In this document: positions 8,798 to 18,203 of the stretch, piece by piece
Numbering within the stretch: the first letter of the stretch is position 1
Layout: each line of letters opens with the position of its first letter
Origin: Mobilicoccus sp.
GTDB lineage: Bacteria; Actinomycetota; Actinomycetes; Actinomycetales; Dermatophilaceae
Length of the DNA stretch: 45,950 nt
NCBI GenBank assembly: GCA_032100225.1
Contig: DAMDJY010000001.1
Location: 1-45,950, forward strand
Direction of reading: 5' to 3'
Position numbers and translations under genes: made by a program
Notes under the pieces: model-generated
Told to the model about the DNA's origin: nothing
Databases searched by the model: none
What the model saw: the letters and a program-made list of their open reading frames with translations, nothing else

Positions 8798-9886
8798 ATG
8801 AGCCCCCAGAGCCCGGACGCGCCCGTGACGACCTCTGCCTCGACGACCTCCGCCACCCCGGCCGAGAGTCGCCTGGTGCGTGCTGCGCGGGGCGAGCGGC
8901 TGGACCGGCCTCCGGTCTGGTTCATGCGGCAGGCGGGGCGCTCCCTGCCCGAATACCGCCAGGTGCGTGAGGGCGTCGCCATGCTGGACTCGTGCCGCCG
9001 TCCCGACCTGGTGACCGAGATCACCCTGCAGCCCGTCCGGCGGCATGGTGTGGACGCGGCGATCTTCTTCAGCGACATCGTCGTTCCACTATCGGCGGTC
9101 GGGATCGATCTCGACATCGTCGCCGGTGTGGGGCCCGTGGTGGCCGAGCCGATTCGCACCCGCGACGACCTGGACCGCCTGCCCGAACTGACGCCGGATC
9201 TCGTGAGTGACATCACCGAGTCGGTGCAGATGCTCGTGCGTGAACTCGGTCCGACTCCGCTCATCGGGTTCTCGGGTGCGCCCTTCACCCTGGCCAGCTA
9301 CCTCGTGGAAGGCGGCCCGAGCCGCAACCACGAGAAGACCAAGGCGCTTATGCACGGCGATCCGGAGCTCTGGTCGGACCTGTGCGCCCGCCTCGCCCAG
9401 ATCGCCGGAACCTACCTCCAGGTGCAGGTCGACGCGGGGGCGAGCGCGATCCAGTTGTTCGACTCGTGGGTCGGCTATCTCTCGCGGGCCGACTACGAGG
9501 CGTACGTGCGCCCGCACACGGCAGTGGCGCTCAAAGCCGTCGAAGGGCGGGTGCCTCGCATCCACTTCGGCGTCGGCACCGGTGAGCTGCTCGGCTCGAT
9601 GGCCGAGGCGGGGGTGGAGTGCATCGGGGTCGACTACCGCGTCGACCTTCTCGATGCCCTCGAGCGCACGGGCGGCCGGTATGCCCTGCAGGGCAACCTC
9701 GACCCGGCGCTGCTCTTCGCGCCCTGGCCGGTCATCGAGAAGGAGGTCCGCCGCATCGTCGAGCAGGGCCGCCAGGCACCCGGTCACATCTTCAACCTCG
9801 GTCACGGCGTACTGCCGACGACCGACCCGACAGTGCTCACCCGCGTCGTCGAACTCGTGCACTCCCTCGCCGACGCCCCCGCATAG
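8798..9886 (+). CDS. hemE: Uroporphyrinogen decarboxylase
   Basis: PVWFMRQAGRSLPEY, FSDI, GAPFTLASY, QLFDSW, QGNLDP, IFNLGHG. Start is ATG 8798 or GTG 8795. Confidence 0.95.
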   Translation: MSPQSPDAPVTTSASTTSATPAESRLVRAARGERLDRPPVWFMRQAGRSLPEYRQVREGVAMLDSCRRPDLVTEITLQPVRRHGVDAAIFFSDIVVPLSAVGIDLDIVAGVGPVVAEPIRTRDDLDRLPELTPDLVSDITESVQMLVRELGPTPLIGFSGAPFTLASYLVEGGPSRNHEKTKALMHGDPELWSDLCARLAQIAGTYLQVQVDAGASAIQLFDSWVGYLSRADYEAYVRPHTAVALKAVEGRVPRIHFGVGTGELLGSMAEAGVECIGVDYRVDLLDALERTGGRYALQGNLDPALLFAPWPVIEKEVRRIVEQGRQAPGHIFNLGHGVLPTTDPTVLTRVVELVHSLADAPA

Positions 9887-9931
9887 GCCACGGCGACGGG
9901 CGGCCTGACCTGGTGCGACGCACGCGCCGGG

Positions 9932-10615
9932 TCAGGCAGACGCGTCGGGGTCGGGGATGCGCACGGTGCAGTGGGGCAGGAAGAACTGGACCGGCGGGCC
10001 GATCGCGAGTGCGTAGAGCACCGTGCCGAGGCCGACCACCCCGCCGAGCAGCCAGCCGATGACGAGGACGGACAGCTCCAGCGTCGTGCGCACCACCCGC
10101 AGGCTGATGCCGGTGCGCCGGTGCAGGCCCGTCATGAGTCCGTCGCGGGATCCGGGGCCGAGCTGGCTGCCGATGTAGAGGGCGCCGGCGATCCCGTTGA
10201 GCACGATGCCGCCGAGCAGCAGGCCGGCGCGGGGGAGCAGGTCGTGCTGCTCGGGGGTCGTCGACAGGGTGAGGTCGGTGGCGACTCCGATCCACACGGC
10301 GTTCGCGATCGTGCCGAGACCGGGCATCTGTCGCAGCGGGATCCGCAGCAGCAGGACCGCAAAGCTGATGACGACGACGATCGTGCCGAACGTCCACGGC
10401 ACGTGCAGCGAGATTCCGTAGTGGAACACGTCCCATGGGTCCAGCCCGAGCGCGCTGCGCACCAACATCCCCATCGACGCGCCGTACAGGCTGAGCCCGA
10501 CGAACAGCTGCATCAGGCGTCGCGGCAGCCGCCCGGCCTTGAGTTGGGCGACGGGGCCGATCTGCAGGAGTTCGGGTCGTGGCTGCCTGCCGGCGGCAGC
10601 GTCGTGCGAAGTCAT
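9932..10615 (-). CDS. YczE/YyaS-family membrane protein (possibly decaying)
   Basis: LGLDPWDVFH.G, PGLGTIANA, G.RDGLMTGL, VRTTLE, LGG.VGLGT. ATG lies 7 nt after -10-like CATGAT. Confidence 0.8.
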   Translation of the reverse strand: MTSHDAAAGRQPRPELLQIGPVAQLKAGRLPRRLMQLFVGLSLYGASMGMLVRSALGLDPWDVFHYGISLHVPWTFGTIVVVISFAVLLLRIPLRQMPGLGTIANAVWIGVATDLTLSTTPEQHDLLPRAGLLLGGIVLNGIAGALYIGSQLGPGSRDGLMTGLHRRTGISLRVVRTTLELSVLVIGWLLGGVVGLGTVLYALAIGPPVQFFLPHCTVRIPDPDASA

Positions 10616-10733
10616 GGGGGCGATCATGGCTTGGCCACCACATGCGTGGGTTTCCTGTCCATTCGAGCCGCAATCGTGCGCAACGCGACATTCCGGTGTG
10701 CGAACAGCCGCTCCCACCTGCGATTCTCGACGG

Positions 10734-12050
10734 ATGACCGCTGACGCCGTGTACCTCGTGGTCGGTATCGGCCTGCTTCTTGCCGTTGCGCTGCCGAGCC
10801 TGCTGCAGCGCTGGGCGTTCTCGGCGCCGATGGCGCTGGTGGCCACAGGCCTCGCGGTGGGGTTGTTGCCACCGTTCGATACTGCGCGCATCTCACCCAT
10901 GGAGCACCCGACCATGACCGAGCATGCCGCCGAGCTGTGCGTCATCGTGGCACTCATGGGCGTCGGATTGGCGCTGGACCGGCCGTTGAAACGCACCCGC
11001 GCCTCCTGGCGTGCCTGGGGGTCGACCTGGCGTTTGCTGGTCATCGCGATGCCGCTGTGCATCGCCGGTGTGGCGTTTCTGGGGTGGTGGTTCATGGCGC
11101 TGACACCTGCCGCCGCGCTGTTGCTCGGCGCCGCCCTCGCCCCGACCGACCCCGTGCTCGCCGCCGACGTCCAGGTGGACGGGCCGACCACCGAAGAACT
11201 CGAACACGTCGACGAGCACGACGAGGTGCGGTTTGCCCTCACCTCCGAGGGTGGCCTCAACGACGCGCTCGCCTTTCCGTTCGTCTACGCCGCGATCTTC
11301 CTCGCAGAGAAGGGTCCGATCGGCTCCTGGTGGTGGCAGTGGTTCGGCTGGGAACTTGTCGGCAAGGTCCTCCTCGGGGCCGCCCTCGGCTATGTCGGTG
11401 GCTGGCTGCTCGGCCGCGTCGCCTTTCGCAGTCGCTCCGACGTGTTCCGCTTCGCCGAGCAGGGCGAGCCACTCCTGGCTCTCGCCGGGACACTGGCCGT
11501 GTACGGCTTCACCGAGCTCGTCGGCGGCTGGGGTTTTCTCGCGGTGTTCGTGGCGGCCATCCGCCTGCGCGCGCAGGAACGTCACCACGAGTACCACGGC
11601 GTCATGCACGAGCTCGTGGAGCGGCTCGAACTTCTGTTGACCCTGCTGCTCCTGCTGGCGTTGGGCATCGCTCTCGGCGACGGCCTGCTCGAGTACCTCA
11701 CCTGGCAGGGCGCGCTGGTCGGCACGCTGCTCGTCTTCGTCGTCCGACCTCTCACCGCGTGGCTGGCTCTGGGGCGCCAGTCCGGCGAGGACCGCCATGC
11801 CGACGGCAACCCCGGCCCCCGGGAACGACTGGTCACGGCCTTCTTCGGGGTCCGCGGCATCGGGTCGATCTACTACATCGCCTACGCCCTGGGCCACGCC
11901 GAGTTCGGTTTCGAGGGCGTCCTGTGGTCCACGGTCGGCTTCACGATCATCCTGTCCGTCGTCGTCCACGGCATCGCCGCCACACCCGCCATGCGCTGGC
12001 TCGACCACGTGCGCGACGGGGCGACTGCCGAGAGCTCGCCCGCAGCGTAG
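10734..12050 (+). CDS. Cation:proton antiporter (CPA1/NhaP-like)
   Basis: Multiple hydrophobic helices with [26 protein letters not shown] and [12 protein letters not shown]. Confidence 0.85.
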   Translation: MTADAVYLVVGIGLLLAVALPSLLQRWAFSAPMALVATGLAVGLLPPFDTARISPMEHPTMTEHAAELCVIVALMGVGLALDRPLKRTRASWRAWGSTWRLLVIAMPLCIAGVAFLGWWFMALTPAAALLLGAALAPTDPVLAADVQVDGPTTEELEHVDEHDEVRFALTSEGGLNDALAFPFVYAAIFLAEKGPIGSWWWQWFGWELVGKVLLGAALGYVGGWLLGRVAFRSRSDVFRFAEQGEPLLALAGTLAVYGFTELVGGWGFLAVFVAAIRLRAQERHHEYHGVMHELVERLELLLTLLLLLALGIALGDGLLEYLTWQGALVGTLLVFVVRPLTAWLALGRQSGEDRHADGNPGPRERLVTAFFGVRGIGSIYYIAYALGHAEFGFEGVLWSTVGFTIILSVVVHGIAATPAMRWLDHVRDGATAESSPAA

Positions 12051-12061
12051 AGAATGACGCC

Positions 12062-12859
12062 ATGACGATTCCCTCCGACGCGACACCCCCCGCCTCGAAC
12101 GCTGCATCGCACGACGCGACGAACGACGTAGTGGCCACCAGCGACAAGACCGACGCCGTGACCAACGCCGCCCGTCTGCGCGCGCTCAACGAGACCATCC
12201 GGTACACGATGTGGTCGGTGTTCCGCACCTCGACCCCGCTGCCCGAGGACGACGCCGAGCGCGACCGTATCGCCGCCGACCTCCAGTCGTTCCTCGACGG
12301 ACTTGCCGCCACGGGCGTCACCGTCCGCGGGCTGTACGACGTCGCCGGATTCCGCGCCGACGCCGAGGTCATGGTCTGGTGGCACGCCGAAGAGGTCGAG
12401 GCCCTCCAGGCCGCCTACAAGGGTCTGCGCCGCACCGCCCTCGGAAAGCACCTCACGCCCGTCTGGTCGCAGGTCGCCCTGCACCGCCAGGCCGAGTTCA
12501 ACAAGGGCCACGTGCCGGCCTTCATGAAGGAGGAACGCGTCCGCAACTACGTGTGCGTCTACCCCTTCGTGCGCAGCTTCGACTGGTACGTCCTCGAGGA
12601 GTCCGAGCGCCGCGAGATGCTCGCCGAACACGGCCGCATGGCCCGCCCCTACGCCGAGGTCCGCGCCAACACCATCCCCAGCTTCGCCCTCGGCGACTAC
12701 GAATGGCTCCTGGCCTTCGAGTCCGACGACCTGCCCCAGATGGTCGACATGATGCGCGAACTGCGTAAGTCCCGCGCCCGCCTCCACGTGCGCGAAGAGA
12801 CGCCGTTCTACACCGGCCCCCGCGTCGAGGCCCCCGCCCTGGTACACGGCCTGCCCTGA
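12062..12859 (+). CDS. hemQ: Coproheme decarboxylase (hydrogen peroxide-dependent heme synthase)
   Basis: [59 protein letters not shown]. Confidence 0.92.
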   Translation: MTIPSDATPPASNAASHDATNDVVATSDKTDAVTNAARLRALNETIRYTMWSVFRTSTPLPEDDAERDRIAADLQSFLDGLAATGVTVRGLYDVAGFRADAEVMVWWHAEEVEALQAAYKGLRRTALGKHLTPVWSQVALHRQAEFNKGHVPAFMKEERVRNYVCVYPFVRSFDWYVLEESERREMLAEHGRMARPYAEVRANTIPSFALGDYEWLLAFESDDLPQMVDMMRELRKSRARLHVREETPFYTGPRVEAPALVHGLP

Positions 12860-12892
12860 TCGGGGTCGGTCGATGACGTGAACGGGTGAAGT

Positions 12893-12964
12893 GAGGGGTC
12901 GAGATCGGGCGCTCGCAGACGGGAAAGGCGTTCTCAGTCTGCGATCACCCGATCCCGACCCCTC
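12893..12964. repeat. Long imperfect inverted repeat (28-bp arms) between convergent hemQ and msrB
   Basis: Arm 12893-12920 matches the reverse complement of 12937-12964 at 25 of 28 positions. Confidence 0.75.
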
Positions 12965-12996
12965 CGTCATTCCTGCGGGGAGTCGTACGGTGCGTC

Positions 12997-13422
12997 CTAG
13001 GCGATCGGCTTTTCGGTCAGGCGCATGCTGATGGAGTTGATGCAGAAGCGCTGGTCTGTCGGGGTGGGGTAGCCCTCACCCTCGAAGACGTGACCGAGGT
13101 GCGAGCCGCACGCGGCGCAACGGACCTCGACGCGGCGCATGCCCAGGGTCGTGTCCTCGATGTACTCCACGGAGTCACCGGCCAGGGGTGCATAGAAGCT
13201 CGGCCAGCCGCAGTGGCTCTCGAACTTCGTGTCGCTGCGGAACAATTCGGCATCGCAGGCACGACAGCTGTAGACGCCCTCTGTCGTGGTGTCGGTGTAC
13301 TCCCCGACGCCGGGACGCTCGGTGCCGGCCTGACGCAGCACCTGGTACTCGGCCGGGGTGAGCAGCTCACGCCACTCGGCGTCGGTGCGCTGGACGGGGT
13401 AGTGACGAGAAGTCGGCTCCAT
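12997..13422 (-). CDS. msrB: Peptide-methionine (R)-S-oxide reductase
   Basis: EWRELL.P.EY.VLR.AGTERP, CRAC, KFESHCGWPSF, CAAC.SHLGHVF, RFCINS. Confidence 0.95.
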   Translation of the reverse strand: MEPTSRHYPVQRTDAEWRELLTPAEYQVLRQAGTERPGVGEYTDTTTEGVYSCRACDAELFRSDTKFESHCGWPSFYAPLAGDSVEYIEDTTLGMRRVEVRCAACGSHLGHVFEGEGYPTPTDQRFCINSISMRLTEKPIA

Positions 13423-13474
13423 GCGTGGCACAACGCCCAGGGGGACCACCTGGATTCCCCGTACCCTGGCGGAC

Positions 13475-14542
13475 ATGGCCTCAGATGCGGTGACATTGAC
13501 GGTTCCCGGCCCCGACGGGGTGGAGCGGTCGGTGCGGCTGTCCAGCCCTGACAAGGCCGTGTGGCCCGGCGTCGACGGCGCCGCCCCGATCACGAAGCGC
13601 GATCTCGTCGACTACGTCCTCGCAGTGGACGCCGGCTTCCTGCGGGCTGTCGGGGATCGTCCCGTCACGCTGCAACGGTTTCGCGGCGGCATCACGGGCG
13701 AGGAGTTCTACAGCAAGAACCCGCCCAAGGGCATCCCCGACTGGGCGCGGAGCGTGACGTGCACCTACCCGTCGGGGAGGTCCCACCCGCAGCTGGTCAT
13801 CGACGAGATCGCCACCGCGATCTGGGCGGTGCAGATGAGCACCGTCACCTTTCACCCCTGGCCCGTGCGTGCCGACGACAACGACCTCGTCGATGAGTTG
13901 CGCATCGACCTCGACCCGCAGCCCGGGCGCGGATTCACCGACGCCGTCGAGGCCGCTGTGGTGTTGCGCGAGTTGATGGCCGAACTCGGCCTGACGGCCT
14001 GGGTCAAGACCAGCGGCAACCGGGGCGTGCACGTCTACGCCCGACTCAAGCGGACGCACGAGTTCCTCGACGTGCGGCACGGCGTCATCGGCATCGCCCG
14101 CGAGCTGGAACGGCGTCTGCCCGACCTCGTCACCACCGCATGGTGGAAGGAGCAGCGGGGCGAGACGATCTTCGTCGACTACAACCAGGCGAGCCGCGAC
14201 CGCACCATCGCGTCGGCCTACAGCCCCAGACCCCTTGCGGGAGCGCCGGTGTCGATGCCCGTCACGTGGGACGAGTTGCGTGAGGTCACGCCCGCGCAGT
14301 TCACCGTCGCCACGGTGCCCGCCCTCATCGCCGAGCGCGGAGACGCCTGGGCCGGGATCGACGACGCCGTCGGCGACATCGCCCCCGCGCTCGCGCTGTG
14401 GGAGGCCGACATCGAACGCGGCCTCGGCGAACTCAACTTTCCGCCCGACTACCCGAAGATGCCGGGGGAGCCACCCCGCGTTCAGCCGAGCAAGAAGAAC
14501 GCCGGCAACTGGGAGACCGACGGCGTCACCAAGAAGGCGTGA
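13475..14542 (+). CDS. Stand-alone primase-polymerase (LigD Pol-domain / Prim-PolC type)
   Basis: ELRIDLDPQPG, KTSGNRGVHVY, WWKEQRG, FVDYNQ..RDRTIASAYS. No ligase or phosphoesterase domain. ATG lies 7 nt after -10 TACCCT. Confidence 0.88.
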   Translation: MASDAVTLTVPGPDGVERSVRLSSPDKAVWPGVDGAAPITKRDLVDYVLAVDAGFLRAVGDRPVTLQRFRGGITGEEFYSKNPPKGIPDWARSVTCTYPSGRSHPQLVIDEIATAIWAVQMSTVTFHPWPVRADDNDLVDELRIDLDPQPGRGFTDAVEAAVVLRELMAELGLTAWVKTSGNRGVHVYARLKRTHEFLDVRHGVIGIARELERRLPDLVTTAWWKEQRGETIFVDYNQASRDRTIASAYSPRPLAGAPVSMPVTWDELREVTPAQFTVATVPALIAERGDAWAGIDDAVGDIAPALALWEADIERGLGELNFPPDYPKMPGEPPRVQPSKKNAGNWETDGVTKKA

Positions 14543-14565
14543 CGCCCGCTGGCCCGACGCCTGTC

Positions 14566-15627
14566 TCAATCCGTGAGGACCTGGGCGAGGTCGTAGGCCG
14601 GGGCGACGTCGATCTGGCTGACGCGGCATGACTCGGGCTCGCGGTCGGGGCGCCACCGCAGGAACGTCACGGCGTGGCGAAAGCGTGAGCCCTCTAACTG
14701 GTCGAAGGCCACCTCGACCACGCGCTCGGGGCGCAGGGGAACGAAACTGACGTCCTTGGACGAGGAGAAACGGGACCGGTCGGTCTCGGCGGCCACGGGG
14801 CTGCCGTCGTCGTCGCGGACGACCAGGGGTTCGAGTTCGTCGATCAACTCCAGGCGCCGCTTGGCGGTGAACGCGGCGATACCGCCGACGCCGCGTAGAT
14901 GCCCGTCGTCGGTGTAGAGGCCGAGCAGCAACGACCCGACTCCCTGGCCCGACTTGTGCACGCGGTAGCCGAGGAGAACGGCCTCGGCCGTGCGCTTGTG
15001 CTTGATCTTGAGCATCGAGCGCTTGCCCGGCGTGTAGAGCCCGGCGAGCGGCTTGGCGATCACTCCGTCGAGGCCGGCGCCCTCGAAGCGGGTGAACCAG
15101 TCACGGGCCTCGGCGACGTCGCTCGTCGTGCGGGTCAGGTGCAGGGGAGATCCGGTGACACGACCCGCCATAGCGTCCTCCAATCGCCTACGGCGCTCGG
15201 CGAACTCGATGTCCATCAGGGATTCGTCGTCGACCGCGACGAGGTCGAAGGCAACGACCTCCGCAGGCGTCGCTGCGGCGAGCCGGTTGATCCGCGATTC
15301 AGCGGGATGGATTCGGGCAGAAAGAGATTCCCAGTCCAACCGTTCGGCGCCCCGGGTGCCCATCCGAACGACGATCTCGGCGTCGACGACGCAACGTGCC
15401 GGGAGCGCCGCCAGCAACGGCTCACGCAGCTCGGGAAAGTAGCGCGTCAACGCCTTGGATCCGCGGCTCGCCAACTCCAGCTCGTCACCATCGCGCAGGA
15501 TGAGGCACCGAAAACCGTCCCACTTGGGCTCATACGCCAATCCGCCTGGAACGGAGTCGGATTCGGGGACGTCCGGCACTGCCTTGGCGAGCATCGGCGC
15601 GAGGGGGAGTGGCACAGGCAGATCCAT
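14566..15627 (-). CDS. ligC: ATP-dependent DNA ligase (LigC type)
   Basis: PMLAK, YEPKWDGFR (adenylated Lys), AFDL, GLDGVIAK, KIKH.RTA, GSLLLGLY, RFRH...RWRPD. ATG lies 7 nt after -10 CACAAT. Confidence 0.88.
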   Translation of the reverse strand: MDLPVPLPLAPMLAKAVPDVPESDSVPGGLAYEPKWDGFRCLILRDGDELELASRGSKALTRYFPELREPLLAALPARCVVDAEIVVRMGTRGAERLDWESLSARIHPAESRINRLAAATPAEVVAFDLVAVDDESLMDIEFAERRRRLEDAMAGRVTGSPLHLTRTTSDVAEARDWFTRFEGAGLDGVIAKPLAGLYTPGKRSMLKIKHKRTAEAVLLGYRVHKSGQGVGSLLLGLYTDDGHLRGVGGIAAFTAKRRLELIDELEPLVVRDDDGSPVAAETDRSRFSSSKDVSFVPLRPERVVEVAFDQLEGSRFRHAVTFLRWRPDREPESCRVSQIDVAPAYDLAQVLTD

Positions 15628-15763
15628 GCCCGCCATTGTGCCCGCCGCGACCTCTCTCCCCGACGGCCCGACACCTGCCGTCGACGGGTCTGCTTGGTAC
15701 GACGCGGGTCCGAGGGACGCCCGCCACCTGGGATTGTGCCGCCGTCGATGTCACCATGGACGG

Positions 15764-17020
15764 ATGACGTCGGACCGGGGTACCTGCGAACAGGTCACCT
15801 TGTCGCGCCTCGTTCGCACTGCAGGCCTCGCGACGGCCGCGCTCGCCGCCACGTCGGTGGCCGTCTCGTTCGGTGGCGCCTGGTACTTTGCGCGCGTCCT
15901 GCTCACCCCCGAGCGGGAGAAACCGGACAACACGACTGTGCTCGAGGTCGACGACGACACGATCACTCTGCGGCTCGACGGGGAGACCGGCGTGCGCGGC
16001 CAGTACGGGCTGTGGCTCGACGGCGGACGCACCCACATACGGGTGGGCGAGATCATCCAGGTCGACCCCGAACGGCGGTGTGTCGTTCGCGAACTCGTCT
16101 CCGTCGACATCGGGACGCCCGCGCCCGGACCCGCGCGGTGGACGAGCCACATCTACGTCGGGAGTCCGACCGTCTCCCTCGGGATTCCCGCCCGTGACGT
16201 CGTCGTTCCTGGCGATCTCGGCCCCATGCCCGCTTGGGTGGTGGACGCAGACGGACCGCCTTCGCCGGGTGGCACCTGGGCTGTCCTCGTCCACGGCCGC
16301 GGCGCCATGCGCGAAGAGTGTCTGCGGGCCGTGCCCGTGCTGCACGATCTCGGCGTCACGTGCCTCGTGCCGTCCTACCGCAACGACTCCCTGGCACCCG
16401 CCAGCCCGGATGGCCTCATCGCGCTGGGTCTCACCGAGTGGCACGACGTCGACGCCAGCATCCGGTACTGCCTGGAGCAGGGGGCGGAGCAGGTGATCCT
16501 CTTCGGATGGTCCATGGGCGGAGCCATCGTGCTGCAAGCACTGGCCGGCTCGCCCCACCGTGCCCACATCCCCGGGGTCGTACTGGACGGGCCCGTGATC
16601 GACTGGGTGGAGGTCATCGAGCATCAGGCCCGGCTGCGTCGGTTGCCACGGCTGCTCGGCAGCCTGGTCAAGGCTCTGCTCGGCGACCGGTGGGCCTCGC
16701 GGCTTCTCGTGGGGGCCGAGCAGCCGCTCGACCTCGCCACCACCCGCTGGCAGGTGCGTGCGGGTGAACTCGACCGCCCGATCCTGTTGATCCATTCCCG
16801 CGACGACGACGTCGTCCCCGTCGGCGCCTCCGAAACCCTGGCGAGCCTGCGGCCCGACGTCGTTCGCTTCGAGGCCTGGGAGGATGCCCGCCACGTCAAG
16901 GAGTGGAACGTCGACCCCGCGCGCTGGAACCGCGTCGTGTCCGAATTCGTCTCCACCCTGCTGGACCGCACACCCCACAACTTTGCCGTCCCCACCGAAC
17001 AGGAGAACCCGCATGGGTAA
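15764..17020 (+). CDS. Membrane-anchored or secreted alpha/beta-fold hydrolase
   Basis: N-terminal hydrophobic helix, VLVHGRG, nucleophile GWSMGG, HSRDDDVVP (Asp) and ARHVKEWN (His). Confidence 0.82.
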   Translation: MTSDRGTCEQVTLSRLVRTAGLATAALAATSVAVSFGGAWYFARVLLTPEREKPDNTTVLEVDDDTITLRLDGETGVRGQYGLWLDGGRTHIRVGEIIQVDPERRCVVRELVSVDIGTPAPGPARWTSHIYVGSPTVSLGIPARDVVVPGDLGPMPAWVVDADGPPSPGGTWAVLVHGRGAMREECLRAVPVLHDLGVTCLVPSYRNDSLAPASPDGLIALGLTEWHDVDASIRYCLEQGAEQVILFGWSMGGAIVLQALAGSPHRAHIPGVVLDGPVIDWVEVIEHQARLRRLPRLLGSLVKALLGDRWASRLLVGAEQPLDLATTRWQVRAGELDRPILLIHSRDDDVVPVGASETLASLRPDVVRFEAWEDARHVKEWNVDPARWNRVVSEFVSTLLDRTPHNFAVPTEQENPHG

Positions 17021-18158
17021 GAAGGACAAGGAGACCGCAGCGTCTCGACCCGGCGAGGACACCACCCTCTCCGGAAAGAAAGCAAGCAAGAAGGCCGACA
17101 AGGCCGACAAGGCCGACAAGGCCGGCAAGGCCGGCAAGGCCGGCAGCTCGATCACGGAGACCGAGCCCAAGGGCGCGGGCAAGAACGCCAAGAACGCCAA
17201 GAACGCCAAGAACAAGGACGGTAAGGACTCGAAGAAGTCCAAGAAGAAGGCCGCCAAGAAGACCGTCGAGGCTCAGGCCAAGGTCGAGGCTCTGCAGACG
17301 ACCGTTGAAGACCTGACGGTCGATGCAGCCTCCTTCGAGGCGGCGCTGCGCGTGCGTGAAGGGTTCCGCCTGTCAGACGTGGACACCTCCGGGACGCCCG
17401 CGTTCGACGGTGACAAGGCTGCGGCCGAGGTTCTCATGGAGCAGAACGCAGAGGAGCTGAGCGAGCTGCAGGAGCGGCTCTTCGCCGCGTCGCGCGCCGG
17501 TGACAACCGCTCGGTGCTTCTCGTCATCCAGGGCCTGGACACCTCCGGCAAGGGCGGCATCATGCGTCACGTCGTCGGTCAGCTCGACCCGCAGGGCGTG
17601 TCGATCGTCGCATTCAAGCAGCCGACGGCCGAGGAGAAGCGTCACCCGTTCCTGTGGCGCATCCGTAAGGGCCTGCCGACCCCCGGCATCATCGGCGTGT
17701 TCGACCGGTCCCACTACGAGGATGTCCTCGTGGCCCGGGTCGACGACCTCGTGCCGGCCTCGACGTGGCGTCGTCGCTACTCCCAGATCCGCACCTTCGA
17801 GAACTCCGTCATCGCCTCGGGCACGACCGTCATCAAGGTGATGTTGCACATCGGAGCGGACGAGCAGAAGGCGCGCCTCGGCGAGCGACTCGAACGCGCG
17901 GACAAGTACTGGAAGTACAACCCCGGCGACATCGACGTCCGCGAGAAGTGGCCCGCCTACCAGGAGGCGTACGAAGACGCTCTGGTCAAGACCTCCACCG
18001 ACGATGCCCCGTGGTACGTCGTCCCCGCTGATCGCAAGTGGTACGCGCGCCTGGCCGTCCAGCAACTGCTGCTCAAGGCCCTGCGTGAGCTCGACCCGCA
18101 GTGGCCGGCAGCGGACTTCGACATCGACACCGAAAAGGCCCGCCTCGAGGCGAGCTGA
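17013..18158 (+). CDS. ppk2: Polyphosphate kinase 2 family (class III-like) with lysine-rich N-terminal extension
   Basis: Walker A QGLDTSGKGG, Walker B FDRSHYEDVL, KYWKYNPGD, APWYVVPADRKWY. Start overlaps the hydrolase stop (ATGGGTAA), with RBS AGGAG. Confidence 0.9.
   Translation: MGKKDKETAASRPGEDTTLSGKKASKKADKADKADKAGKAGKAGSSITETEPKGAGKNAKNAKNAKNKDGKDSKKSKKKAAKKTVEAQAKVEALQTTVEDLTVDAASFEAALRVREGFRLSDVDTSGTPAFDGDKAAAEVLMEQNAEELSELQERLFAASRAGDNRSVLLVIQGLDTSGKGGIMRHVVGQLDPQGVSIVAFKQPTAEEKRHPFLWRIRKGLPTPGIIGVFDRSHYEDVLVARVDDLVPASTWRRRYSQIRTFENSVIASGTTVIKVMLHIGADEQKARLGERLERADKYWKYNPGDIDVREKWPAYQEAYEDALVKTSTDDAPWYVVPADRKWYARLAVQQLLLKALRELDPQWPAADFDIDTEKARLEAS
17091..17213 (+). repeat. 9-bp tandem coding repeats: (AAGGCCGAC)3(AAGGCCGGC)3 and (AAGAACGCC)3
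   Basis: Read directly at 17091-17144 and 17181-17213; they encode (KAD)3(KAG)3 and (KNA)3KN. Confidence 0.95.
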
Positions 18159-18203
18159 TCGGCATGCTGGGCGTAGGACCGCCTGCCCCAGCACCGCGAT
18201 CGA

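Noticed and set aside
9932..11260. 442-aa ORF suggesting an extended YczE
   Set aside because: The N-terminal half is the antisense shadow of the antiporter gene; family similarity starts near 10615.
13475..15627. NHEJ (Ku-LigD) operon
   Set aside because: No Ku gene and no phosphoesterase domain in the window; the architecture fits Prim-PolC/LigC.
17091..17213. Tandem repeats as a possible CRISPR array or phase-variation tract
   Set aside because: The 9-bp units have no spacers, there are no cas genes, and the unit length is a multiple of three, so the frame cannot switch. They are coding repeats.
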